NCBI GenBank assembly: GCA_965202785.1
Contig: OZ241855.1
Location: forward strand, 160,001 to 224,000
Direction of reading: 5' to 3'
Source of the DNA: Thermodesulfobacteriota bacterium
Lineage (GTDB): Bacteria > Desulfobacterota_D > UBA1144 > Nemesobacterales > Nemesobacteraceae
Length of the DNA: 64,000 nt
Within the stretch, counting starts at the first letter, position 1, and each line of letters starts with the position of its first letter. Below, in pieces: positions 41,333 to 51,300 of this stretch. The notes under the pieces were generated by a model. It did not search any database. It was not told the DNA's origin and saw only the letters and a program-made list of their open reading frames with translations. The position numbers and the translations under genes were made by a program.

Positions 41333-43245
41333 CTATAAATCAGTTCGATAGAGATAGCGGATATCCCAAAGCCCGTACAACGTGGGCGTCGTGTTGCCGA
41401 AGACTTTTCGGACCGCACTCATCCGTTCCTCACGTGTTGTGTAGATGAGCGGCATGTTCTCGGAAGCGATTTCCTGGGCGCGGTGATAGAGCGCTACGCG
41501 TTCATCGCGATCCAGTTCCTGGCTCCCCCTCACGTAAAGGCGATCTATTTCGGCTTCCCAGTCCGTCGCCGGCTGCGGCTGATTCGGATACCAGAGGTGC
41601 AAGTTCTCACTGCTGTGCCAGAGAACAATTCCGGAATACGGGTCCGTTCCGCCTCCGAAACCCATGACCATGGCTTCCCAATCGTAGGAACGTGTCAACT
41701 GGGAGACGAGTTCGGCGAACTCGACCAGCCTGAAATCCGCCTTGATGCCGATCTCCTCGAGGCCCTGCTTGATGATCATCCCGACCCTTTCACGAAGGCT
41801 GTTTTTGGTATTGGTTACCATTGAGAACGCAATCGTATTGCCTGCATCGTCTTCGCGAATCCCGTCCCCGTCGGTATCGACCCAGCCGAGGCTATCCAGG
41901 ATGCGGTTGGCTTCAGCGATGTCGTACTCGTACCGTCGCACGTCGGGATTGTGGAAGTCGCCCGCGGATGGGCTGATGGAGGACCACTGCGGATAGCCGA
42001 GTCCGTGATGCACGTCGCGTATGATCGCCTCTTTATCAACGATGTGCGCGACAGCCTGGCGGAACTGAGTATTCCGGAACCACTTAAGCTTGTCAGCCGC
42101 TACATAGGGCTCCATTGTATCCGGGTTTTCGCCAGGGTTCATGTTAAAAGTCAGAAACGTCGACCCCAAGCCCGGACCCCTCCTGTAGATCGTGAAATTC
42201 CCCTCCGCCTGCAGCGGTTCGAGTTCCGCAAACTCCCTGCCCAGCACGCCATGAGTGTCTGAGTCCCCGTCCTTGAACCTGACAAGTTCGGTCTCTAGAT
42301 CCGGGACGATAAGGTGAACGATTTTGTCCAGGTACGGCAGACTGTTGCCCGCATCATCGTTTAGCCAGTAGTTCGGGTTGCGGCTCAGGACCACGCGATC
42401 GTCGGGGACATAGCGCTCGATGGTAAAGGGACCGGTGCCGATGACTTCGGCCGGGTCCGTGTCTATGTCCCATACCTCGTTGAAAGTGCCATTGTCTACG
42501 TACGGCTCCAGAATGTGCTTGGGATAGATAGCGGTACCCATGGAGCGCAGGAACGGTGCAAATGACACCGGTAAAACGCATTGTATCGTATAGTCGTCAA
42601 GCGCCTTAACGGCCATTTCGGCTTCCGTCCAAGTTCCGGTAGCCTCGTCCAGAAACCGGAAGTTGAATGTTGCCCGGTCGCTGGAGTTTATGTCCTCGTT
42701 GTAGATGATGCGGTTGAATGTGAATCCACGTCATGCGCCGTAAAAGGTGTTCCGTCATGCCACGTTACGTCCTTGCGCAGGGAGAAGGTCCAGGTCAGGC
42801 CGTCATCCGAATGGGTCCAGGACTCAGCCAGTGACGGTTCGACTTCGTCAGTGAGCCAAGAGATCTCGGTCAGGCCCTCAAAAAGATACCCCAGAACTCC
42901 TGTCGATCCGGAATCATCCGCAAGAGCCAGGTTGAGGGTAAGCGGCTTTGAGATTGTCGCAATCGTCAGCAACCCGCCGGTGCTGCCAATGGTGTACTCA
43001 AATTCCTCGGCATTTTTTCTGAGCTGGTCGGCAATGCTGCCCGGACTGTCGCCGTCGTCCAAGCAGGCAAGCAATGTCAGCGTTGCGAAAACAGCAAAAG
43101 CGGCAAAAAGAACACCAGTCTGAGCGCATGACCGCAGCAATCGCCTTCCTCGGTGGGGTACACCGCCCCAAGCAAGCTTACTATACCAAGAACCACTGGG
43201 GCAAACATAACTTTTTAACTCTCGCTGTTGAAACATATCTTTCAC
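41333..43245 (-). pseudogene. Family 5 (peptide/nickel) ABC substrate-binding lipoprotein, frameshifted
   Basis: Two ORFs (42688-43245 and 41333-42616) join if one T is restored near 42723 (GAT T[T]C ACA TTC), giving WHDG.PFTA.DVDFTFNRIIYN. Lipobox LLAC; GTGPF motif. Confidence 0.85.
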
Positions 43246-43603
43246 TCCATATTTAAGCTGCTGATCTTGTCCTAACGATAGATCATTCTACAATATCATA
43301 CGTTTTAGAGTATTTCGAAATTAAGCCGCCCTGTGAGTACCAACCAAAAGCTAAGCGTTATATTAATCTTATCAAACGTCCTGTAGACAGAAGCCGGTTC
43401 TTTAAGGCGATAACCGCAGCAGGTTGTTTGGCCCGTGATGTTGCCGCCATATTATGGTATAGATTTATATCAAAACGAATCGATATCTTTTTCGGCTCGG
43501 AACATTTAGAATTCCGGCCCTTTTTAAAAGGGAACCAAGACTTGAATTCCCCTTTTAGAGGGGTTTGAAACAACGGATAATTCCGATAAAGGAGACCCTG
43601 AAA

Positions 43604-44056
43604 ATGAAGATCGCTATCGGAAGTGATGAAAAAAACGCCCTCACCGACGAGGTAATAGAGGAGCTTCGCAAAAGAGACATGGAAGTTGAGCTCTTCGGGC
43701 CCCTTGCGGACAAAAATGAGGAATGGGCTGAAGTCGCCGAGCAGGTGGCCGAGAGGGTTTCTGAGAAAGAGTGCGACCAGGGAATACTGTTCTGCTCTAC
43801 GGGAACCGGGGTAAGCATTGCCGCGAACAAGGTCCCCGGAATAAGGGCGGCCTTGTGTACGGATTCCAAAACGGCCGCGGGAGCGCGCAAGTGGAACGAC
43901 GCGAACATACTTGCCATGAGTTTGCGTCTTGTATCCCCCGACGTAGCCAAGGAGATCCTCGACGCCTGGTTCCAGAGCGAACCGGATCCCTCGGAGAGAG
44001 AAAATATAGAAAAAGTGGCCGGAATCGAATCGAAGTACCGCAACCGGACGGACTGA
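43604..44056 (+). CDS. rpiB: RpiB/LacA/LacB family sugar-phosphate isomerase
   Basis: MKIAIGSD, GILFC.TG.G.SIAANKVPGIRAA and NDANIL motifs. Confidence 0.85.
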   Translation: MKIAIGSDEKNALTDEVIEELRKRDMEVELFGPLADKNEEWAEVAEQVAERVSEKECDQGILFCSTGTGVSIAANKVPGIRAALCTDSKTAAGARKWNDANILAMSLRLVSPDVAKEILDAWFQSEPDPSERENIEKVAGIESKYRNRTD

Positions 44057-44063
44057 AAGAAAA

Positions 44064-45095
44064 ATGGAAAGAAAAGAAAAATACAATGTGGCGATAGCAG
44101 GAGCCACGGGGGCCGTGGGACAGGAGATGATGCAGATACTCGAGGAGAGAAATTTCCCCGTGGGAGAACTGCGCCTTCTCGCTTCTGAGCGGTCCCGAGG
44201 GAGAAAATACAGTTTCTGCGGAAGGGAGATAACCGTTTCGGTGCTGGGCGAGGACTCTTTTCGCGACATAGACATAGCTCTTTTTTCCGCCGGCTCCGAG
44301 AGAAGCAGGAGATACGCGGACCGCGCCGTCGCAAGCGGAGCGGTGGTTATCGACAACAGTTCGGCGTTTCGGATGGACCCAGAAATTCCCCTGGTAATAC
44401 CCGAGATAAACGCCCAGACGGCCGCGCTTCACGAAAAAAAAGGAATAGTTGCCAATCCCAACTGCACAACCGCGGTAGCCGTCATGGCGCTTAAGCCCAT
44501 TCATGACGTATCAAGAATAAAAAGGGTGGTAGCGACGAGCTTTCAGGCAGTCTCAGGAGCGGGGGCCGGCGGGATAGCGGAACTCGAAAGCCAAGTGCGA
44601 AGCTGGTCTGAGAGCGGAGAGCCCCCTAGGGAAACAAACACGTTTCCCCACCAGATAGCCTTTAACGTGATCCCGCACATAGACTCCTTTACAGAGAGCG
44701 GCTACACGAAGGAAGAAATGAAGCTTCACAACGAAACGCGCAAGATACTTGGGGATGATTCCATAGTCCTCACGGCGACGACCGTGAGGGTTCCGGTTTT
44801 CCGGTCCCACTCGGTTTCACTTAATCTGGAGACGGAAAGAAAAGTGACAATCGAGGAGGCGAGGGAGGCTATCAGGAATTTCCCCGGGGTCTCTCTCGTT
44901 GACGACCCGGAGAATTCCGACTACCCGATGCCGGTTGAAAGTTCCGGGAAGGACGACTGCTTTGTCGGAAGAATCAGGGAGGACTACACGGTCAAAAACG
45001 GTCTTTCCCTGTGGGTGAGCGGAGACCAGTTAAGGAAGGGTGCGGCTCTTAACGCAGTGCAGATAGCGGAGCTTCTGGTCAGAAATCATGTCTGA
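44064..45095 (+). CDS. asd: Aspartate-semialdehyde dehydrogenase
   Basis: GATGAVG, ANPNCTT, QAVSGAG and LRKGAALNAVQIAE motifs. Confidence 0.97.
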   Translation: MERKEKYNVAIAGATGAVGQEMMQILEERNFPVGELRLLASERSRGRKYSFCGREITVSVLGEDSFRDIDIALFSAGSERSRRYADRAVASGAVVIDNSSAFRMDPEIPLVIPEINAQTAALHEKKGIVANPNCTTAVAVMALKPIHDVSRIKRVVATSFQAVSGAGAGGIAELESQVRSWSESGEPPRETNTFPHQIAFNVIPHIDSFTESGYTKEEMKLHNETRKILGDDSIVLTATTVRVPVFRSHSVSLNLETERKVTIEEAREAIRNFPGVSLVDDPENSDYPMPVESSGKDDCFVGRIREDYTVKNGLSLWVSGDQLRKGAALNAVQIAELLVRNHV

Positions 45096-45615
45096 AACAG
45101 GTATTTTCAAAAAGCTTTCGGATTTTTTTCTTGCGCCGCCGAAGATCGATTCCGACGAACTAAGGGAGTTGCTCGGGGAGGACGATTCTGTGCTGCTCAC
45201 GGTTCAGACCCTCAGCTGCACTTACAAGCCGAGGGCGTGGGTAGACAGAAACACTTTTTTCAGAAGCATTCTGATGCTTACGGAAAAAAGGATCTTGCTA
45301 CTTAAAAACAGTTCCAAAGTGAACGTTCTAAGGGACATAGAATTTGACACCATAACGCATCACAAGTTTGGTTCCACCAGAAGCAAGGGACTCAAGCTTG
45401 AAATAAAAACAGTTGACGCGGAAGACTCGATAATGTTTCACCAGCAGTACAGAAATGAGTTTGAGGAGCTTTCGGAAAAATTCGAAGAAGTGATGTCCCA
45501 GGCCATTGAACTCTCCACGGGGACTGGAGAGACTTTTTTCTGCATGCACTGCGGAGCAAAAATTCCCGCCGCGAGCGTCTTCTGTTCTTCCTGCGGGAAG
45601 AAAGTTAAGGTATAG
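45088..45615 (+). CDS. Hypothetical protein, PH-like domain plus C-terminal double zinc ribbon
   Basis: LMLTEKRILL (bacterial PH-like) and FCMHCG...FCSSCG; overlaps the asd stop. Confidence 0.7.
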   Translation: MSETGIFKKLSDFFLAPPKIDSDELRELLGEDDSVLLTVQTLSCTYKPRAWVDRNTFFRSILMLTEKRILLLKNSSKVNVLRDIEFDTITHHKFGSTRSKGLKLEIKTVDAEDSIMFHQQYRNEFEELSEKFEEVMSQAIELSTGTGETFFCMHCGAKIPAASVFCSSCGKKVKV

Positions 45616-45636
45616 CCTCTTGGGACGGAGAAAAAA

Positions 45637-46512
45637 TTGATACACGGTTCAATAGTAGCGATAGTAACGCCGTTTAAAGACGGCGCCGTTGACTACGGAA
45701 AGCTAGAAGAGTTAATAAAGTTCCAGATAGAGAGCGGAACCCACGGCATAGTTCCGGTCGGAACCACGGGAGAATCCCCCACCCTTTCTCACGCTGAGCA
45801 TGAAGAAGTAATAAAATTCACCGTGGAAACAGTAAAGGAGAGGATTCCAGTGGTTGCGGGCACGGGATCAAACAGCACAGAGGAAGCCCTGCGCCTCACG
45901 AAATTCGCGGAGCGGGCCGGCGCGGACGCGGCTCTTTTGGTAACTCCTTACTACAACAAGCCGACTCAGGAAGGAATCTACCGGCATTTCCGCACGATTG
46001 CAGACGAGACATCCATTCCACTGGTACTCTACAACGTGCCCGGGCGCACGGTCGTAAACATAGAGCCGGAGACCGTGGAGAGACTTTTTTGCGACTGCGA
46101 GAGCATAATCGGCATCAAGGAAGCCTCGGGCTCGCTTGAGCAGGCAAGCAGAATCATTTCTCTGTGTGGAGAGGATCTGATCCTTCTCTCGGGGGACGAC
46201 GCGGTTAACTATCCCCTTCTAGCAGCCGGGGGCAAGGGTTTTATAAGCGTAACGGCGAACATAGCTCCCCAAGACGTATCGGAAATGTACAACTCCTTTG
46301 CAAGGGGGGAGCTTGAGAGGGCCAAGGAGCTTCACTACCACCTTCTCCCGCTCAGCAGAGTTCTCTTCGTGGAATCAAACCCGATACCCGTAAAGGCCGC
46401 TTTGGCCGTGATGGGGAAAATAAGCCCCGAGATAAGAGCCCCTCTTTATGAGCTTTCGGGAGAAAACCTCGAGAGACTGAAAAGGGAGCTTGAGAACTAC
46501 GGGCTCACGTAA
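45637..46512 (+). CDS. dapA: 4-hydroxy-tetrahydrodipicolinate synthase
   Basis: GTTGES, PYYNKP, YNVPGRT, GIKEASG and NPIPVK motifs. Confidence 0.97.
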   Translation: MIHGSIVAIVTPFKDGAVDYGKLEELIKFQIESGTHGIVPVGTTGESPTLSHAEHEEVIKFTVETVKERIPVVAGTGSNSTEEALRLTKFAERAGADAALLVTPYYNKPTQEGIYRHFRTIADETSIPLVLYNVPGRTVVNIEPETVERLFCDCESIIGIKEASGSLEQASRIISLCGEDLILLSGDDAVNYPLLAAGGKGFISVTANIAPQDVSEMYNSFARGELERAKELHYHLLPLSRVLFVESNPIPVKAALAVMGKISPEIRAPLYELSGENLERLKRELENYGLT

Positions 46513-46520
46513 CACGGAAA

Positions 46521-47123
46521 TTGTCTGAATCCGACTGCTTTTTACACACTGAAGATAGAATCCCAGTATCCGGGAGAATCGTGGCCGGCGTTGACGAAGC
46601 CGGGAGAGGATGTCTGGCCGGGCCGGTCGTGGCAGGGGCCGTAATACTTGATGAGAACCGGCCTATTCACGGACTCAGGGATTCAAAGGCGCTTTCCGAA
46701 AAAAGGCGCAATGAGCTTTTCGAGCAAATCCAGCAAAAGGCCCTCGCCTACTCGGTCGGCATGACCGCGGCCGATGAGATTGACCGCATAAACATCCTGC
46801 AGGCAGCGCTTTTGGCAATGGAAAAAGCCGTTCTGGCCTTGGGTGAAAAACCGGACTGCATTCTCATAGACGGCAACTCGAAGACTTCTCTCCCCATCCG
46901 GCAAAAAGCGATAATAAAGGGTGACTCAAAGTGCGCGTCAATAGCAGCCGCTTCAATTGTCGCGAAGGTGACAAGGGACCGTATCATGACCGAGATTGAA
47001 AGTGAATATCCCGGATACGGCTTCTCCCGCCACAAAGGTTATCCCACAAAAGAACACCTCGGTGCCCTGCGAAATCTGGGGCCCTGTCCGATACATAGAA
47101 AATCCTTTAAAGGTGTCTTATAA
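46521..47123 (+). CDS. rnhB: Ribonuclease HII
   Basis: GVDEAGRG.LAGPV, DSK, DGN, AASIVAKV.RD and HKGYPT motifs. Confidence 0.96.
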   Translation: MSESDCFLHTEDRIPVSGRIVAGVDEAGRGCLAGPVVAGAVILDENRPIHGLRDSKALSEKRRNELFEQIQQKALAYSVGMTAADEIDRINILQAALLAMEKAVLALGEKPDCILIDGNSKTSLPIRQKAIIKGDSKCASIAAASIVAKVTRDRIMTEIESEYPGYGFSRHKGYPTKEHLGALRNLGPCPIHRKSFKGVL

Positions 47124-47179
47124 CTGATTGACATAATTATATCTTGACTTTTTCCCGCTATTGAAATGATAATATAAGT

Positions 47180-47530
47180 ATGTCTGGAATGCTTTCAGAT
47201 CTGTCTCTGCCGGACAAGCTTTATTTCAAGATAGGAGAAGTAAGCGAGATCATAGGAGTGAAACCCTATGTTCTCAGATACTGGGAAACCGAGTTCAAAG
47301 AGGTAAGGCCTATCAGGAGGAAGTCCCAGAGACTTTACGACAAGGACACGATTTATCTCTTCCACAAGATAAAGCACCTGCTCCACGATCAGAAGTTCAC
47401 CATAGCGGGGGTTCAGAAAAGACTCAAGGATGAGAAAAGCGGAAGCGGAAATATATCCCCCCTCTATTCGGACAAAGTGCTGTTGCGCGAAATTCTAGAT
47501 GAGTTAAAATCCCTGAAGCAGGATCTCTGA
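47180..47530 (+). CDS. MerR-family HTH regulator (type usually found after ihfA)
   Basis: PDKLYFKIGEV......YVLRYWETEF and FTIAG motifs. Confidence 0.9.
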   Translation: MSGMLSDLSLPDKLYFKIGEVSEIIGVKPYVLRYWETEFKEVRPIRRKSQRLYDKDTIYLFHKIKHLLHDQKFTIAGVQKRLKDEKSGSGNISPLYSDKVLLREILDELKSLKQDL

Positions 47531-47580
47531 ACGGGCCACTTCGCGTCCTGTTCGCCTCTGATCCGGTTTCTTGTTAAATA

Positions 47581-47656
47581 CGGGGTGTGGCGCAGTTGGT
47601 AGCGCACCGGTCTGGGGGACCGGGGGTCACCGGTTCAAGTCCGGTCACCCCGACCA
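47581..47656 (+). tRNA. tRNA-Pro(GGG)
   Basis: CGGGGTGTGGCGCAG...CCGGT CTGGGGG ACCGG...CACCCCGACCA. Confidence 0.95.
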
Positions 47657-47778
47657 AATCAAACCCGCAAGTCAGTTTCCAAGGCAAGTTTCGTTGTCTA
47701 TGCGACTCTCTCCGTGCGCAGGGATTGGCTGTTGCGAGAAATCCCTGATGGGTTAAAATCTAGCCGGAACTTTTTGTT

Positions 47779-47855
47779 CGGGGTGTAGCGCAGCTTGGTA
47801 GCGCACCGGCTTCGGGAGCCGGGGGTCACCGGTTCAAATCCGGTCACCCCGACCA
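47779..47855 (+). tRNA. tRNA-Pro(CGG)
   Basis: CGGGGTGTAGCGCAG...CCGGC TTCGGGA GCCGG...CACCCCGACCA. Confidence 0.95.
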
Positions 47856-47864
47856 TTCCCAGAC

Positions 47865-48623
47865 ATGAAATCTAAAATACTGCTCTCAAATGATGACGGG
47901 GTGAATTCAGAAGGCCTAAAAGCGCTTGGAGCGGCCCTCTCTCACCTGGGAGAAGTCTACACCGTGGCTCCGGACCGCGACCAGAGCGCCTCAAGTCACT
48001 CGCTCAACCTCATGAGACCTCTTAGAATCGAGGAAATTTCAGAAAGAGTGTTCTCCGTGGACGGAACCCCCACCGACTGCGTGAATCTCGCAGTGAACGG
48101 AATTCTGGGTGACAGGAAACCCGATCTCCTGGTCTCGGGAATAAACATGGCCGCCAACCTAGGAGATGACATAACGTATTCGGGGACCGTAAGCGCCGCG
48201 ATAGAGGCAACCCTTATGAAAATCCCCGCAATAGCGGTATCGCTCGCGGCGAAAAAAGACTTTCTGTTCCAAACCGCCGCCCACTACTCAAGGGTGGCCG
48301 CGGAATTTGTTCTTAAAGCCGGTCTTCCCGAAAACACTCTGCTCAACGTGAACGTGCCTAATCTTCCCCTAAAAGAAGTAAAGGGAATACGGGTTACGCG
48401 TCAGGGCAAGAGGGTTTATCAGGCACCAATAGTGGAAAAGACCGATCCCCGGGGGAAGAAGTATTACTGGATAGGCGGAAACGAGCTCAATTCCCTTAGA
48501 ATTGAAAACTCAGACATAGTGTCCGTTCTTGAAGGCTACGTCTCCATAACCCCGATAAAGCTTGATATGACGGATTACGGGTACCTCGAAGAACTCAGGG
48601 AACAACTAGAGAACCATGCTTAA
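47865..48623 (+). CDS. surE: 5'/3'-nucleotidase SurE
   Basis: ILLSNDDG, GTPTDCV and SGIN...NLG.D..YSGTV motifs. Confidence 0.96.
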   Translation: MKSKILLSNDDGVNSEGLKALGAALSHLGEVYTVAPDRDQSASSHSLNLMRPLRIEEISERVFSVDGTPTDCVNLAVNGILGDRKPDLLVSGINMAANLGDDITYSGTVSAAIEATLMKIPAIAVSLAAKKDFLFQTAAHYSRVAAEFVLKAGLPENTLLNVNVPNLPLKEVKGIRVTRQGKRVYQAPIVEKTDPRGKKYYWIGGNELNSLRIENSDIVSVLEGYVSITPIKLDMTDYGYLEELREQLENHA

Positions 48624-49197
48624 AAGCCTCTACGAATGGGTTCTGGGCTGGGCGGACAGAAAACATGGTCCCTTCGCGCTTTCCCTGGTTTCCTTCACGG
48701 AAGCATCTTTTTTCCCAATCCCCCCAGATCCGCTTCTCATGGCTCTCTGTCTCGGAAACCCTCGGAAATCATACCGTTTCGCTCTTTACTGCTCCGTTTT
48801 TTCCGTACTGGGAGCGGCGGCGGGGTATCTCATAGGGTACTGGGTGTGGGAACTGGTCGGCGGTTTTTTTCTCTCGCACATCATAACCGCAGAGACGTTC
48901 ACGATTGTAGGCGACAAGTATTCGGAGAACGCGTTTGAAGCCGTTTTGGCCGCAGCCTTTACCCCCATACCTTTTAAGGCGTTTACGGTGACGGCGGGAG
49001 TCTTTAAGGTCGACTTCCTCGCCTTCATCGCCGCCTGCGCCGTGGGAAGAACGGCCAGATTTGCGATAATTGCAGGCCTTCTTTCGGTTTTCGGAGAAAG
49101 AGTAAAATTGCTTATCGACAAATACTTCAACATATTTACGGTTATATTTTTCACACTGCTTTTGGTTGGAGTATTGCTTCTAAAGAAGCTGGGCTGA
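48616..49197 (+). CDS. YqaA/DedA family membrane protein
   Basis: SF.EASFFPIPPD and FTPIPFK motifs. Confidence 0.88.
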   Translation: MLKSLYEWVLGWADRKHGPFALSLVSFTEASFFPIPPDPLLMALCLGNPRKSYRFALYCSVFSVLGAAAGYLIGYWVWELVGGFFLSHIITAETFTIVGDKYSENAFEAVLAAAFTPIPFKAFTVTAGVFKVDFLAFIAACAVGRTARFAIIAGLLSVFGERVKLLIDKYFNIFTVIFFTLLLVGVLLLKKLG

Positions 49198-49322
49198 AGT
49201 GTCTGGAAAAAGCTTCGCGGACATGCGGGCACGGAAAGTGATTTGTTGGCACGTAACTTGCCACATAAAAACATATATGTTTCATAGAAACCCGGTTTCA
49301 AACCGTATCACACGTACAGATT

Positions 49323-50351
49323 ATGAGCGCTAGAAAAGTCGTTTTAATCCCGGGAGACGGCATCGGCCCGGAAATCGCCGAAGCGACAAAGAACGTCATT
49401 GCCGCTTCAGGAGCCAAGATCGAATGGGTCATAAGAGGGGCCGGCGTATCGGCTCTAGAAAAGTACCGGGAAGTCCTGCCGGAAGTCACTCTGGACGCCA
49501 TAAGGGAACATAAAGTCGCGCTCAAGGGGCCGTGCACGACCCCCATAGGAGAGGGATTTTCATCGGTAAACGTGGAACTGAGGAAGAAACTTGACCTCTA
49601 CGCGGCCGTAAGGCCGGTACGAAACATTGAGGGCGTGAGAACCAGATTCTCCGACGTTAACATAGTCATCGTGCGCGAGAACACCGAAGGTCTTTACAGC
49701 GGTGTTGAAAACACGGTTTCCCCCGGGGTAGTGATGAGCATGAAGGTCGCGACCGAGAGATCGTGCGAGCGAATCGCCAGATGGGGTTTTGAGTACGCGA
49801 GAAAAAGGGACAGAAAGAAAGTAACCGTGTTTCACAAGGCCAATATAATGAAGATTACCGACGGGCTTTTTATCAGCAAGGCAAGGGAGGTAAGCGAACA
49901 GTACCCGAATATAGAGTATGAAGAATACATCATAGACGCGGGATGCATGAGGCTGGTTCAGGATCCGGGCATGTTTGATACGCTACTGCTTGAGAATCTC
50001 TACGGCGACGTGATGAGTGACCTCTGCGCCGGCCTTGTCGGAGGACTAGGCGTTGTTCCCGGCGCCAATATAGGGGACGAGTACTCGGTCTTTGAAGCGG
50101 TGCACGGGTCCGCGCCGGACATAGCGGGACTCGAAATAGCAAATCCGCTTGCCCTAATAATGTCAGCGGTAATGATGCTGAGGTATCTGGCCGATTCAGA
50201 AGGAAGAGAGGATATGAGAGAAGCGGCTGACAAGATAAAAACGGCTTACAACATAGCCCTTTCAAACGGCGACAAGACCCGGGACCTGGGAGGCGACCTC
50301 AAAACGGCCGATTTTGCCAGGGTTCTCATACAGAATATACTCAAGATATAG
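49323..50351 (+). CDS. Isocitrate/isopropylmalate dehydrogenase family (NAD-dependent IDH-like)
   Basis: [30 protein letters not shown] and [13 protein letters not shown] motifs. Confidence 0.9.
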   Translation: MSARKVVLIPGDGIGPEIAEATKNVIAASGAKIEWVIRGAGVSALEKYREVLPEVTLDAIREHKVALKGPCTTPIGEGFSSVNVELRKKLDLYAAVRPVRNIEGVRTRFSDVNIVIVRENTEGLYSGVENTVSPGVVMSMKVATERSCERIARWGFEYARKRDRKKVTVFHKANIMKITDGLFISKAREVSEQYPNIEYEEYIIDAGCMRLVQDPGMFDTLLLENLYGDVMSDLCAGLVGGLGVVPGANIGDEYSVFEAVHGSAPDIAGLEIANPLALIMSAVMMLRYLADSEGREDMREAADKIKTAYNIALSNGDKTRDLGGDLKTADFARVLIQNILKI

Positions 50352-50393
50352 ACAGGCCCCGCCTCGCGCGCGCCGAAATGCTGGTAAACCCCG

Positions 50394-51290
50394 ATGAACA
50401 GGAACAGAAAAGTCCCCTTTCCGGTTTTTCTTCTGATCTCAACCGTGCTGAATCTCCTGCTGATTCAGCTTCTTTTCTCAGAAATACTGCCAGACCCCGA
50501 AAGTCTTAAGGACCCGCTTGAAAGGACATACATAGAACTTATCGAGATACCGGTCAAAGAAACCGAGCCTCCTGACAAGCCCTCAAGACTCGCCGACAAG
50601 TCTCACAGGGCGGAAAAAGAGACTACGATAGATGACACGACGAAACTCTCAAGGTCCGTGCCCCAACCGACAAAGAAAAGCACTGTGCAGAGAAAACCCG
50701 CGGGAGCCATTCAACCCGGAGAACAGGAAAAAAGCGCGGAGAGGTTCTCTCCCGAAAAAGACCGGGTCGCCATTATACCCGAGGGGGAAAGAAATAAACC
50801 CGAAAAAAGAAAAACCAGTCCCGACCAACCGCCCGGAAGCAACCCGAGTGCCTCCGCCTCGCAGATGGTCAATCCCAGGATAGCGGACGTTCCCTTTGAC
50901 TACAACACAGAAGAGCAGCTCCTTGGAACCAAGGACGTCGAGAAGGAAATTACCGTTGATCTCAACACGACGGAATACAAGTACATATCCTATTTCACGA
51001 AACTGAAAGAGAGAATTTACCAGGTCTGGAAATACCCCAAGGAATCGCAGATAAGAAGGGAACAGGGAAACGTGCAGATCGTCTTCACCCTCAGAAAAGA
51101 CGGATATCTTGAAAACGTGAGGATAATCCACCCCTCCGGTTTCGAGAACCTGGACAGGGAAGTGCTGCGCACAATAAGAGTGGCTTCCCCCTACAACCCA
51201 TTTCCCGAGAGCTGGGATGAAGAAAAACTCAAAATACCCGCCACCTTCGATTACAAGCTTCCGAAATGGGTAAGGAGATACTACAACTGA
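50394..51290 (+). CDS. TonB family energy transducer
   Basis: N-terminal TM, Pro/Lys-rich linker, C-terminal WKYP.......G.V...F.L..DG...SG...LD. Confidence 0.85.
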   Translation: MNRNRKVPFPVFLLISTVLNLLLIQLLFSEILPDPESLKDPLERTYIELIEIPVKETEPPDKPSRLADKSHRAEKETTIDDTTKLSRSVPQPTKKSTVQRKPAGAIQPGEQEKSAERFSPEKDRVAIIPEGERNKPEKRKTSPDQPPGSNPSASASQMVNPRIADVPFDYNTEEQLLGTKDVEKEITVDLNTTEYKYISYFTKLKERIYQVWKYPKESQIRREQGNVQIVFTLRKDGYLENVRIIHPSGFENLDREVLRTIRVASPYNPFPESWDEEKLKIPATFDYKLPKWVRRYYN

Positions 51291-51300
51291 GTCTGTGTTC

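Noticed and set aside
43510-43563. Two short hairpins (CCCTTTTTAAAAGGG; CCCCTTTTAGAGGGG) upstream of rpiB
   Set aside because: Only two low-complexity units; not enough to call a repeat family or ncRNA.
47180-47530. MerR gene as regulator of the metal cassette at 54-56 kb
   Set aside because: It has no Cys metal-binding residues and belongs to the housekeeping type found beside tRNA-Pro and surE.
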